From contig CAXHJY010001125.1 in NCBI GenBank assembly GCA_964016885.1, positions 186,001-250,000 of the forward strand: 64,000 nt of DNA, written 5' to 3'. The position numbers and the translations under genes were made by a program. Shown here one piece after another: positions 27,601 to 39,999 of the stretch (position 1 is its first letter; each line of letters starts with the position of its first letter). A model generated the notes under the pieces. It searched no databases. It had not been told where the DNA came from and worked only from the letters and a program-made list of their open reading frames with translations. This stretch comes from Eledone cirrhosa (Eukaryota).

Positions 27601-29466
27601 ATATAACTACCATATAGCTAGATATAACTACCATATCACTAGATATAACTACCATATAACTAGATATAACTACCATATAGCTAGATATAACTACCATATC
27701 ACTAGATATAACTACCATATAGCTAGATATAACTACCATATAACTAGATATAACTACCATATCACTAGATATAACTACCATATAACTAGATATAACTACC
27801 ATATCACTAGATATAACTACCATATAGCTAGATATAACTACCATATAACTAGATATAACTACCATATCACTAGATATAACTACCATATAGCTAGATATAA
27901 CTACCATATAACTAGATATAACTACCATATCACTAGATATAACTACCATATCACTAGATATAACTACCATATAGCTAGATATAACTACCATATAGCTAGA
28001 TATAACTACCATATCACTAGATATAACTACCATATAGCTAGATATAACTACCATATCACTAGATATAACTACTATATAACTAGATATAACTACCATATAA
28101 CTAGATATAACTACTATATAACTAGATATAACTACTATATAACTAGATATAACTACCATATAGCTAGATATAACTACCATATAGCTAGATATAACTACCA
28201 TATAGCTAGATATAACTACTATATAACTAGATATAACTACCATATAGCTAGATATAACTACCATATAACTAGATATAACTACCATATCACTAGATATAAC
28301 TACCATATCACTAGATATAACTACCATATCACTAGATATAACTACCATATAGCTAGATATAACTACCATATAGCTAGATATAACTACCATATCACTAGAT
28401 ATAACTACCATATAGCTAGATATAACTACCATATAGCTAGATATAACTACCATATCACTAGATATAACTACTATATAGCTAGATATAACTACTATATAGC
28501 TAGATATAACTACCATATCACTAGATATAACTACCATATAACTAGATATAACTACCATATCACTAGATATAACTACCATATAGCTAGATATAACTACCAT
28601 ATAGCTAGATATAACTACCATATCACTAGATATAACTACCATATCACTAGATATAACTAGATATAACAACCATATAACTAGATATAACTGAATATAACTA
28701 GATATAACTACTATATAACTAGATATAACTACCATATCACTAGATATAACTACTATATAACTAGATATAACTACCATATAGCTAGATATAACTACCATAT
28801 AGCTAGATATAACTACCATATCACTAGATATAACTACCATATCACTAGATATAACTACCATTTCACTAGATATAACTACCATATCACTAGATATAACTAC
28901 CATATCACTAGATATAACTACCATATAGCTAGATATAACTACCATATAGCTAGATATAACTACCATATAGCTAGATATAACTACCATATAGCTAGATATA
29001 ACTACTATATAACTAGATATAACTACCATATAGCTAGATATAACTACCATATAACTAGATATAACTACCATATCACTAGATATAACTACCATATCACTAG
29101 ATATAACTACCATATCACTAGATATAACTACCATATAGCTAGATATAACTACCATATAGCTAGATATAACTACCATATCACTAGATATAACTACCATATA
29201 GCTAGATATAACTACCATATAGCTAGATATAACTACCATATCACTAGATATAACTACTATATAGCTAGATATAACTACTATATAGCTAGATATAACTACC
29301 ATATCACTAGATATAACTACCATATAACTAGATATAACTACCATATCACTAGATATAACTACCATATAGCTAGATATAACTACCATATCACTAGATATAA
29401 CTACCATATCACTAGATATAACTAGATATAACAACCATATAACTAGATATAACTGAATATAACTAG
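24602..29466. repeat. 21-bp AT-rich minisatellite, about 230 copies
   Basis: unit ctagatataactaccatataa with tca/ag variants. Confidence 0.98.
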
Positions 29467-29567
29467 CATAAATCAGTTATTTCCCTTTATGCCCCATCAA
29501 TTTGGTCCTCCATCCTCCATCGAGATCAATAAAATTATGTAACCAAGTAAAAACTCTTTGAAGAAAA

Positions 29568-30035
29568 CATCAGAGCGTGGTCAAAGTATGAGGACATCAC
29601 AACATGGTCAAAATGTGAGGACATCACAACATGGTCAAAGTATGAGGACATCAGAGCATGGTCAAGGAATGAGGACATCAGAGCATGGTTAAAGTATGAG
29701 GACATCAGAGCATGGTCAAAGTATGAAGACATCACAGCATGGTCAAAGTATGAGGACATCAGAGCATGGTCAAAGTATGAAGACATCAGAGCATGGTCAA
29801 AGTATGAGGACATCACAGCATGGTCAAAGTATGAGGACATCAGAGCATGGTCAAAGTATGAAGACATCACATGGTCAAAGTATGAGGACATCAGAGCATG
29901 GTCAAAATATGAGGACATCACATGGTCAAAGTATGAGAACATCCCAACATGGTCAAAGTATGAGGACATCACAACATGGTCAAAGTATGAGGACATCACA
30001 GCATGGTTAAAGTATGAGGACATCACATGGTCAAG
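29568..30035. repeat. 27-bp minisatellite, about 17 copies
   Basis: unit catggtcaaagtatgaggacatcagag. Confidence 0.95.
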
Positions 30036-30769
30036 GAATAAGGACTGAAAGCAGCAGACACACAGTAGAATACAACATATCTAAATATGAATTACTTACT
30101 GAGACTTGTTTGAATTGATGAGGAATGTCTGTGACAGTTCCACTTTAGAACCATGACATTCTGGTTTATGGAAAAGACCTGATCAATTATATTCAGATGT
30201 AGAAATGTCAAGTCACAAGAGGCTGTCCATAAATGTATGGATAGAAAATGCCTCCTACATAGAAAATACTTGAAACATAGCCAAGAGACGCAGAAGTGGA
30301 ACGCCTCCACCACCACCATGTTCAGTTGGGGCATTTAGAAAGCAAAGTGTGCAACAGGTTGGTCTAGAAACATCTATCATCACCATCACCGCTTTACGTC
30401 CATTCTTCCACACTAGCATGGGTTAGATGGGTTGTCCTGTTGTGGGCAATGTCAGATCAGGTGACCATGTCTTGCTCATACACAACTGATTTGGGGTCGA
30501 TTTCTACAGCTGGATGCCCTTCCTAACACCAACCTCATTTACAGTGAGTGCTGGGTGCTTTTTTTGTCATGGCCCTACACGTCCACTTTACACCGTCACT
30601 CTTGCTCTTGTGTTGGCATATAAACAGAACGGCAAACACTAATGTTTCTGGGTTATTACACTCCATCAATACCGTATACTGTTTACCTGCCAACTGTCAG
30701 AGCTAGTGAAAATATGATATTTTGGGGAATATACAGTGATTGATCGGCCTGATTTGCAGACTGCCTATA

Positions 30770-30985
30770 TATATATGGAGAAACACCAGGACTCTGGCTT
30801 TACTGTAGCACCGGCTCAGAGCAGGAGAGTTAGGGCGAAAAAGGTATCGGATGCTGAATTTGCCGACGACATAGTTTTTGGTGACAAATACAGTGAAGGA
30901 GGCAGAGGATTTGATGCGGGAGGTTGAGACTGTGTCGATGAGTGTGGGGCTGAGAATGAATGAGACTAAAACAAAATATCTTGGG
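30770..30985 (+). mobile_element. Non-LTR retrotransposon reverse transcriptase fragment (frameshifted)
   Basis: EFADDIV catalytic motif followed, in another frame, by ...VGLRMNETKTKYL. Confidence 0.8.
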
Positions 30986-30986
30986 A

Positions 30987-31017
<31 letters not shown>

Positions 31018-31292
31018 TAGAAACACACAGATATATGCGGACACACACATATATACATGAATGCATCCGCACCCAACTGTGAGTTATATATGTATAGGAA
31101 AAGAGTCAGGGCCGCGGCGGCTGAGCTCCGGCCGTTTCGACAGCTAGATCCGAACTGTTCGGATCTAGGTGTCAAAATGGCCGGAGCTCAGCCGTAGGGG
31201 TCCTGACTCTTTTCCTATTACCCACTCTACTACCCTAAGTATTGAGTACTCTGGTGGGTTATGGTCCACCTGGTATCTTACCACACCCTCTT

Positions 31293-31330
<38 letters not shown>

Positions 31331-31459
31331 TGATAAATTCCGACCTCACACACTTACACCTCTCCAAGACAATGTCACTAGACCGAGATCTTTGGCGCTA
31401 CACAGTAATAATAGAGAAGACCCACCTTACCTAAATACAAAGTAAAACCTACGACAGTC

Positions 31460-31800
31460 AGTAGGCACCTCTAACAAAATACACCCCCATCCCACTACCC
31501 TCACCCCATCCACACCACCCCTTTCAATGTAAAGTTATGTTGGTGTCACAACATCCAGGCCGAAACAAATGAGGTCGTGTAGGTGTCACGACAAAAAAAC
31601 ACACAGTCCACGCTGTAATGTGGCCGTGTAGGCAACACGGTAAAAACCTCCCAGCCCCACACTGTAAATGTGGTTGGTGTTAGGAAGGGCATCCAGCTGT
31701 AGAAAACCTGCCAGACAGTCCTATGCGAGCAAGACAACCGCTCTTGCAAACCCATGCAAGCGTGGAATATGGACGTTAAACGATGATGATGATGATGATA
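31460..31800 (+). mobile_element. SINE/LINE-tail element ending in (GAT)n; inverted homologue at about 41880-42345
   Basis: ggaagggcatccagctgtagaaaacc...ggacgttaaacgatgatgat. Confidence 0.8.
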
Positions 31801-31835
31801 TATATATATATATATCATCATAATAAAATACCTAC

Positions 31836-31985
31836 CTTGCTGGCATCGATTTTAACAGCATGGTTGTCTAATATATACAGTGCTGGTTCAATCTGTACTT
31901 TTACTTCAGATATGTCTTTCACCATAATACCCAAATTAGCAGGATTAGGGGGCTGAAGGTACATTTTTAATAGATGAAGGTATAC
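31836..31985 (-). CDS. VPS39: VPS39 exon: VYLHLLKMYLQPPNPANLGIMVKDISEVKVQIEPALYILDNHAVKIDASK
   Basis: atttcag / GTAGGT; 150 nt; resembles 'VYLSLLRMYLSPP'. Confidence 0.95.
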
Positions 31986-32349
31986 CTGAAATTTAAAAAA
32001 AATAATAAACATTAAGATCATGAACTAAAAAGAAACAAAAAAAAACAGCATTTTAAGGCCATTTTCTCCTGTTAAAGTATTATATATATTATATATGTCT
32101 ATATTTCATTCTGTGAGAAGTATTAAGTATTGTATATATAACCCTTTACCTGTTTCAGCCATCCGGCTGAGGCCATGCTGGGGCACCACCTTTATATTAC
32201 ATATGTCTATATTTTATTCTGTAATAAGTCTTCATTAAGTATTATATATATTATATATATTATATATGTCTATATTTTATTCTGTAATAAGTCTTCATTA
32301 AATATTATATATATTAAATAAATGGAAACTATATTTATAAAACCATATT

Positions 32350-32410
32350 TATTCTATTATATATATTTCAAGGGTACCAAAATGTTGGTACGCTTTCATC
32401 AGATAAAATA
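32350..32410 (-). ncRNA. Intact minimal type I hammerhead ribozyme, sense to the VPS39 intron
   Basis: tattttat-CTGATGA-aagcgtacca-acattt-tggtaccctt-GAAA-tatata-TA-atagaata; 8-bp stem I, about 9-bp stem II, palindromic stem III. Confidence 0.8.
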
Positions 32411-33257
32411 CAAAGTGTGTTTTATAAATATTGACATAACCAAGGAAAATATACCTTAACGGTTCAAGTTTTCCTGGGATAGTATATATATATATATTAT
32501 AGTATATATATATATATATAATATATATTATAGTATATATATATATAATATATATTATATATATATATATATAGTATATATATAATATATATTATATATA
32601 TATATATATATAGTATATATATATAATATATATTATATATATATATATATATAGTATATATATATAATATATATTATATATTTCTATATTTTCATTCTGT
32701 AATAAGTCTTTATTAAGTATTATATATATTATAGTATATATATAGTATATATATATATATATATAATATATATTATATATGTCTATATTTTCATTCTGTA
32801 AGCATTATATTATATTCATAGAAAAATAATAATAATATTTTTGGTGATAATAATAATTGTTTCTACTTTATGCACAAGGCCAGCAATTACCCAGTGCATT
32901 ACTGGTACTTTTGTTTCTACTTTAATAATGCTAATTGTTCCTTGTATTACCTTTAGATTTACAATAAATATAATTTAAACCAATATTTCCTCATATGTCA
33001 TATGCAAAATTGCTACAGCAAACATCAAAAGAAAAATATGTAAAATTCAATAAGTCGGTGTGTGGTAGATTGAAACAGCCTGTATCTATTGAGTATTGAT
33101 CTGGTGAGGATGATGATTCAGACAGCAGACTGTTACAACCAGAGAAAATATCAGACCATTACAACTATGACACATATCACCATTGAATATTAAATAAAGG
33201 CAATAAGAAGAGAAGTTGAAACACAACAGACAATCCTGTCCCGTCTCACCGTACCAT

Positions 33258-33495
33258 ACCTACCTACCAACCAACCAACCGACTGACTGACCAACAGCTG
33301 CACGTGTCCCACGGTACCGTACCAACCAACCAACCCACCACCCAATCCAACCACCAACCATCCAACTAACCACCCGTACCAACCCACCAACCAACCCACC
33401 AACCCACCAAGCAACCAGCCAACCCACAGTACCCACCAACCAACCTACCACCCAATCCAACCAACCCACCAACCAATCAACCCACCAACCAACCA
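33258..33495. repeat. (CCAA)n-like microsatellite
   Basis: direct inspection. Confidence 0.85.
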
Positions 33496-34829
33496 AGGCT
33501 GTACATGTATCAATGAAAGCCAGTCATTACAATGATCAATGTGTAATATTACCATGAAACAAGGTAAAATGTCAAACTGACCTATTTCCACATGGAAGAT
33601 GGCCAGCCAGCAGTGGAACAAAAGAAACACAAAATAGAGAGACTGACAGTCTGAGAAATCAGATGATATATCAGTGAAGAGTAAACTTAGTATTATAACT
33701 GTAATTACTAGTAAAATAAATATAACCATCCTTAATATTTAACCCTTTCGTCACCATATTTCTAATGAAATACTCCCTCTTTTAATTAATGAAGAATTTT
33801 GATGGATTTACTAATACTATTAACCCTTTAGTATTTATATTATTCTGTATTTTCACAGTAAAGGGCTTTACTCACATAATTATCTAACATATCGAAGTTA
33901 CAAGATTTTGATGATAATATTTTGAGAACAATACCTTAACATGAGTATGAGTAGCTGGTTACAGCCGGTTTGAACAAAAAGAGGTGAGAGAATTCTGACC
34001 GGATATGGCTGGTTTAAATGCCAAAGGGTTAATTATTCATTACTAGGATAGTAACTTAATGTAAGGTTCTTATATAAAATTATGTTGGAAGATTTTAATT
34101 TAAATAGGAACCCTGTATTTTAATTAATTAATGAAGAATTTTGAGGGAATCATCATCATCATCACCGTTTTACGTCCATTCATCCTCGCTAGCATGGGTT
34201 AGATAGGTTGTCCTGTTGTGGGCAATGCCAGGTCAGGTGACCATGTCTTGCTCATACAGGAACTAATTCTGGCTTCATTTCTACAGCTGGATGTCCTTCC
34301 TAACACCAACCTCATTTACAGTGTGGACTGGGTGCTTTTTTACTGTGGCGCCTACACGACCACTTTGCAATGGGAGGGGGTGGGGGCATCTTGTCTATAT
34401 GCTTCAGCTTCGGCTTGTACCCGGGGGGGGGGGGGGTCTTCTGTATTACATTATCAATTATTTCATTAGTAAGATAGTTACTAATGTAAGGTTCTTATAT
34501 AAAATTATGTTGGAAGATTTAAATTTAAATTGAAGGGTTAGAAGTCTAATTTTTATAAATCTACAAATATACTCTTCTAGGTGTAGTTATGGCTGTGTAG
34601 TTAAGGAGTTTACTGAACAGCCCCATGGTTTCAGGTTCTGTCCAGTCCCACTGCATGGAACCATAGGCAAATGTTCTTTACTATATATAGCCTTGGGTTG
34701 ACCAATGCCCTCTCAGTGAAATTTGGTAGATGGAAGCTATGTAGAAGCCCAACATGTGTGTGTGCATGTATGTGTGTGTATATATATATATATACATACA
34801 CACATACATGCACACACACACACGTGTTG

Positions 34830-35720
34830 GGATAGTGAAGAGGTCAACACACAAGGACTAAGGACACTGGACAGTGGAGAGGTCAACACACAAGGAGTAA
34901 GGACACTTATGGTGGACAGTGGAAAGGTCAACACATAAGGACTAAAGACACTTATGGTGGACAGGTCAACACACAAGAACTAAAGACACTGGAGAGTGGA
35001 GAGGTCAACACACAAGAACTAAAGACACTGGACAGTGGAGAGGTCAACACAAGGACTAAGGACACTGGACAGTGGAGAGGTCAACACACAAGAACTAAAG
35101 ACACTTATGGTGGACAGTGGAGAGGTCAACACAAGGACTAAGAACACTGGACAGTGGAGAGGTCAACACACAAGGACTAAAGACACTTATGGTGGACAGT
35201 GGAGAGGTCAACACACAAGAACTAAAGACACTGGACACTGGAGAGGTCAACACACAAGAACTAAAGACACTGGACAGTGGAGAGGTCAACACAAGGACTA
35301 AGGACACTGGACAGTGGAGAGGTCAACACACAAGGACTAAAGACACTTATGGTGGACAGTGGAGTGGTCAACACAAGGACTAAGGACACTGGACAGTGGA
35401 GAGGTCAACACACAAGAACTAAAGACACTGGACAGTGGAGAGGTCAACACACAAGAACTAAAGACAATGGACAGTGGAGAGGTCAACACACAAGGACTAA
35501 GGACACTGGACAGTGGAGAGGTCAACACACAAGGACTAAGGACACTGGAGAGTGGAGAGGTCAACACACAAGGACTAAAGACACTTATGGTGGACAGTGG
35601 AGAGGTCAACACACAAGAACTAAAGACACTTATGGTGGACAGTGGAGAGGTCAACACAAGAACTAAAGACACTGGACAGTGGAGAGGTCAACACAAGAAC
35701 TAAAGACACTTATGATGGAC
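34830..35720. repeat. 37-45-bp minisatellite, about 22 copies
   Basis: unit ggacagtggagaggtcaacacacaagaactaaagacact. Confidence 0.95.
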
Positions 35721-36490
35721 ATAGGCAACTGGGAGGTATCCTGGACGACAACCAAATTGAAATTGAATAAAAATTGAATTATAAATAGTAAGATGATTTC
35801 AAACAATTTCTCTAAATCTAAAGAACAGAATTTGTGTAGAATAATTCTGAGGAGATTTCTTTATTCCTCAATAGCAGCTGCTGTTCCAACATATTGGAAT
35901 ATCATCAATCATTCCTCTCACAATGTATTTCCTTCTCAGTTAATCTGTTCAAGAAAACATTTATTTCTATCTTATCTTTAGAATTTAGTGAAACTCTCAG
36001 ATATATCTAACCCTTTAGAATTTACATTACTCTACATGTACTATTGTATTTTCATGGTAAAGGCTTTAACTCACATAATATCGAATCTATGAGATTTTGA
36101 AAGTATTTATTTTGAGAACTAAACCTTAACACCAGTTTGAGCGACCAGTTACAGCCAGTTTCAACAGAAAGAGGTAGAGAATTGTGGCCGGTTTTGGCTG
36201 GTTTGAACATTAAAGGGTTAAATATATTACATACAACAAAACATAACTGAAAAATGTTCAAGTCAGTTGATTAGACCAAAGATTATATAATTTCTAATTT
36301 TGGTAGAAGGCCAGCAATTTAGAAGGAAGTGAATAATTGACGGGTGTTTTATTTTATTGACCTCGAAAGGATGACAGATAACGTTGACAGTGGCAGGATT
36401 TGAACTCAAAACATTGCAAATTGTAACTAAATACCACAAAGTATTTTGTCCAACGCTCTAACGACTCCACCAATCCACAGCCCTTTCAAA

Positions 36491-36530
<40 letters not shown>

Positions 36531-36660
36531 GGAAAGTTATATTTAAATTGTTGGGTTAACAACGAGTAAATATTTATAACTGATATAAAAGCACTCAACA
36601 AGTATTTGGAGTATATTTATGATATTAAATAAATGGAAACTATATTTATAAAACCATATT

Positions 36661-36726
36661 TATTTCGTTATATATATTTCAGGGATATCATATTAACAAT
36701 ATGTTATGCCATCTTCAGACAAAATA
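36661..36726 (-). ncRNA. Minimal type I hammerhead ribozyme (left arm of the 333-bp palindrome)
   Basis: tattttgt-CTGAAGA-stem II-GAAA-tatata-TA-acgaaata on the minus strand. Confidence 0.75.
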
Positions 36727-36841
36727 CAATATAAACAGTCTTATAAATAAATAGATACGACATACCTTTCAATCACCTTGCATTTGGGAGGTTGATTGAA
36801 AGGTATGTTGTATCTATTTATTTATAAGACTGTTTATATTG

Positions 36842-36907
36842 TATTTTGTCTGAAGATGGCATAACATATTTTTAATATGATATCCCTGAAATATATATAA
36901 CGAAATA
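36842..36907 (+). ncRNA. Minimal type I hammerhead ribozyme (right arm of the 333-bp palindrome)
   Basis: tattttgt-CTGAAGA-tggcataacatatttttaatatgatatccct-GAAA-tatata-TA-acgaaata. Confidence 0.75.
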
Positions 36908-36947
36908 AATATGGTTTTATAAATATAGTTTCCATTTATTTAATATC

Positions 36948-36981
<34 letters not shown>

Positions 36982-36999
36982 ATACATGTATATATATAT

Positions 37000-37228
37000 C
37001 TTAGTCTTAGATTCTTCCGCGCCGTATGGCACATCGAGCAGTAAGTACTCGCCAACGGTCACGATCAGCGGCAACTTTTTCGTGACCGTGCCAGGTGATG
37101 TTGGCTGCCATCAGGTCCTTCCGGAACGTTCGTCACCGGGTGATCCTTGGGCAACCCCGCCTCCGTTTACCGCCAGGCGGAGTCCAGTTCATCGCTGTTT
37201 TCGAATGCCATTCATTTGGCAGACGCAG
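37000..37228 (-). mobile_element. RTE-like LINE 3' fragment
   Basis: GC-rich; minus strand resembles the RTE ORF C-terminus; short tandem tail (ctaag) at the left end. Confidence 0.55.
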
Positions 37229-37527
37229 AATATGGCCAGAATATGGCCAGAATATGGCCAGGATATGTACGCCTGAACTACCCAGCACACACACACATAC
37301 TTACGCACGTACACAAGTATAACTCTTTTTACAAAACGGCTTTTTTTCCATTTCAAGTCGACGCGCTCCATCATCCACTTTTCTAAAAAAACAAATCATA
37401 CACAAAACGCCAGCACCAACAGTTTTGCAAAAGATGTCAACATGAATGGACCCGTTATTTTTATCTAAAGACATTTTTTCCAATTCCATCCCGCCCGTCC
37501 CCTCAATCTATCTTATTTCTCATTCTT

Positions 37528-37563
37528 TCTTCTGATGAAGGACTAGCGTCCGAAACGTTAAGA
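37528..37563 (+). ncRNA. Canonical Penelope-type minimal hammerhead ribozyme
   Basis: tctt-CTGATGA-A-ggac-tagc-gtcc-GAAA-CG-TT-aaga. Confidence 0.8.
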
Positions 37564-37658
37564 CCCTCTTCCTGCTATATCAAGTGTTAACCTAATATAT
37601 CCCTTCCATATACTGTACTGATTGTGTTGTTATTTCTGTTTACCTTTTACATACATAC

Positions 37659-37720
<62 letters not shown>

Positions 37721-37784
37721 AGCAGTTCTGAACATTTGGTTTAACCTGTTCTATCATAAATAGGTCATTGCTTAATATATAAAT

Positions 37785-37815
<31 letters not shown>

Positions 37816-38268
37816 AAACACTATTGATCAATGCAAGGAAATATATTGTTTTGTTGTCACTTAATAAAAAAAAATTCAATACCCGAGCAATGTTTTGAAA
37901 AATATATTTAGAAAACAAAAACATAACACTAACATATTTTACAATAAACTCATAGTAGACATACATATCAGGTTTGGAGTGGTTTTACAACCTTATATTG
38001 CAGGCAATAAACTAATATAATCAACTTGTCCTTCTTTCCAAATGGTTTTATGTCTAAATTAAACACTATTCTTTCTTTTTATTTTAATAAGGTACAAAAT
38101 TTTACCTTTATTGTCTTTTTACTGTACAAAATTTTACCTTTATCCTCTTATTATGGTATAAAATTTTACCTTTATCATTTTATTAAAATACAAAATTTTA
38201 CCTTTATCTTGTTACGGTACAAAATTTTACCTTTCAACTAACACTAAATATTTTCTAGAGGCAGCAAA

Positions 38269-38689
38269 CAGATATTGATATAGCAGGTATGAATACAGAC
38301 AATGTCTTCCAGAGATTAGAGAGAATTGCGTTCAGTACTGGACTGGTCCTTTTTTTTTTTATCAACCTTGAAAAAAATGAAAGGCAAAGTTGACCTCAGT
38401 GGGATTTGACCTCAGATCATAGAGAGCTAAAACAAATACTGCAAAGCTTTTTATCCAATCTTCTAATGTATCCAATCTTCTAATGTATCATTAGAAGATT
38501 GGATAAAAAGCTTTGCAGTATTTGTTTTAGCTCTCTATGATCTGAGGTCAAATCCCACTGAGGTCAACTTTGCCTTTCATTTTTTTCAAGGTTGATAAAA
38601 AAAAAAAAGGACCAGTCCAGTACTGAACGCAATTCTCTCTAATCTCTGGAAGACATTGTCTGCATTCATACCTGCTATATCAATATCTG
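38269..38689. repeat. Near-perfect 200-bp-arm inverted duplication containing a SINE fragment
   Basis: arms 38269-38468 and 38489-38689; 1 substitution and 1 homopolymer indel. Confidence 0.95.
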
Positions 38690-38884
38690 GCAGAGGTCAA
38701 CTTAGTCTTTCATCCTTCGAGGTTGATAAATGAAATACTAGTCAAGCAACAAGATCGATTTTTTTCCCTACCCCCACCATCACTCTGGATGAAATCTGCT
38801 GAAGTCAATCATAGAGATGGATGAAGTTTACTAGGTTTTAAATCCCCAAGAAAAGCCATATGTTACAATGAGGTCCCTAGAGCT

Positions 38885-39450
38885 CCATTAAGAGTCACAG
38901 GATCAATAAATATAAACCTTGTCTTTCTTGAACCACCAACTGAGCCTCTGAGGTCCTTTTAATTCCAATAAGAGTCACAGAATCAATAAATGTGACCTTG
39001 TCTTTATTGAACCACCAACTGAGCCTCTGAGGTCCTTTTAATTCCAATAAGAGTCACAGGATCAATAAATGTGACCTTGTCTTTCTTGAACCACCAACTG
39101 AGCCTCTGAGGTCCTTTTAATTCCAATAAGAGTCACAGAATCAATAAATGTGACCTTGTCTTTATTGAACCACCAACTGAGCCTCTGAGGTCCTTTTAAT
39201 TCCAATAAGAGTCACAGGATCAATAAATGTGACCTTGTCTTTCTTGAACCACCAACTGAGCCTCTGAGGTCCTTTTAATTCCAATAATAGTCACAGAATC
39301 AATAAATGTGACCTTGTCTTTCTTGAACCACCAACTGAGCCTCTGAAGTCCTTTTAATTCCAATAAGAGTCACAGAATCAATAAATGTGACCTTGTCTTT
39401 CTTGAACCACTAACTGAAACTCTGAGGTCCCTAAAACTCCATTAAGAGTC
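38885..39450. repeat. 79-bp minisatellite, about 7 copies
   Basis: unit ccaataagagtcacagaatc...gaggtccttttaatt. Confidence 0.95.
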
Positions 39451-39999
39451 AGTGTTTTACGGACAGATACCACTCCTTGCACCAGTCCTTTCAGTTGCCA
39501 CTTATTATATACAGGAATTCATTAGGAGTGCATTAACACAATATTGTCACATGCAAAAGCCATTTGATCAAATGTCAGCTGACCTGATCAAATGTCAGCT
39601 GATCACGAGCTAAACAACAGCTGGTTATCTCACATAAGCTTCATACCTAAATAGGAAACCTTAAAATGGAGAATATATTGATTAATTAGTATACTGAGAG
39701 ACATATGGAGTAGTGACCCATTATAGGACATTGACTGAACACATCAGTTCACAAACATTAGTTTAACTGTCTGCATATGGCTACATCATCATCATCAACA
39801 ACAATATCCTTTTCTGTCCTCTTTTCCCAGCTGTCATTCATAGGTCCTCACAGACAGGTTACTACAGATGGGTCTTCACAGACAGGTTACTACAGATGGG
39901 TCCTCACAGACAGGTTACTACAGATGGGTCCTCACAGACAGCTCTTCAACAGTGGCTCCTCGCAGGCAGGTCATTACAGACAGATCACTACATTTTAAT

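Larger units (their letters stand above)
36618..36950. mobile_element. Inverted (palindromic) Penelope-like terminal repeat pair, arms about 161 bp
   Basis: near-perfect inverted repeat with a 10-nt loop; each arm carries a hammerhead motif; single homologous arm at about 32315-32420. Confidence 0.75.

Noticed and set aside
24656-29434. (MVVISSY)n ORFs
   Set aside because: 21-bp satellite inside a VPS39 intron.
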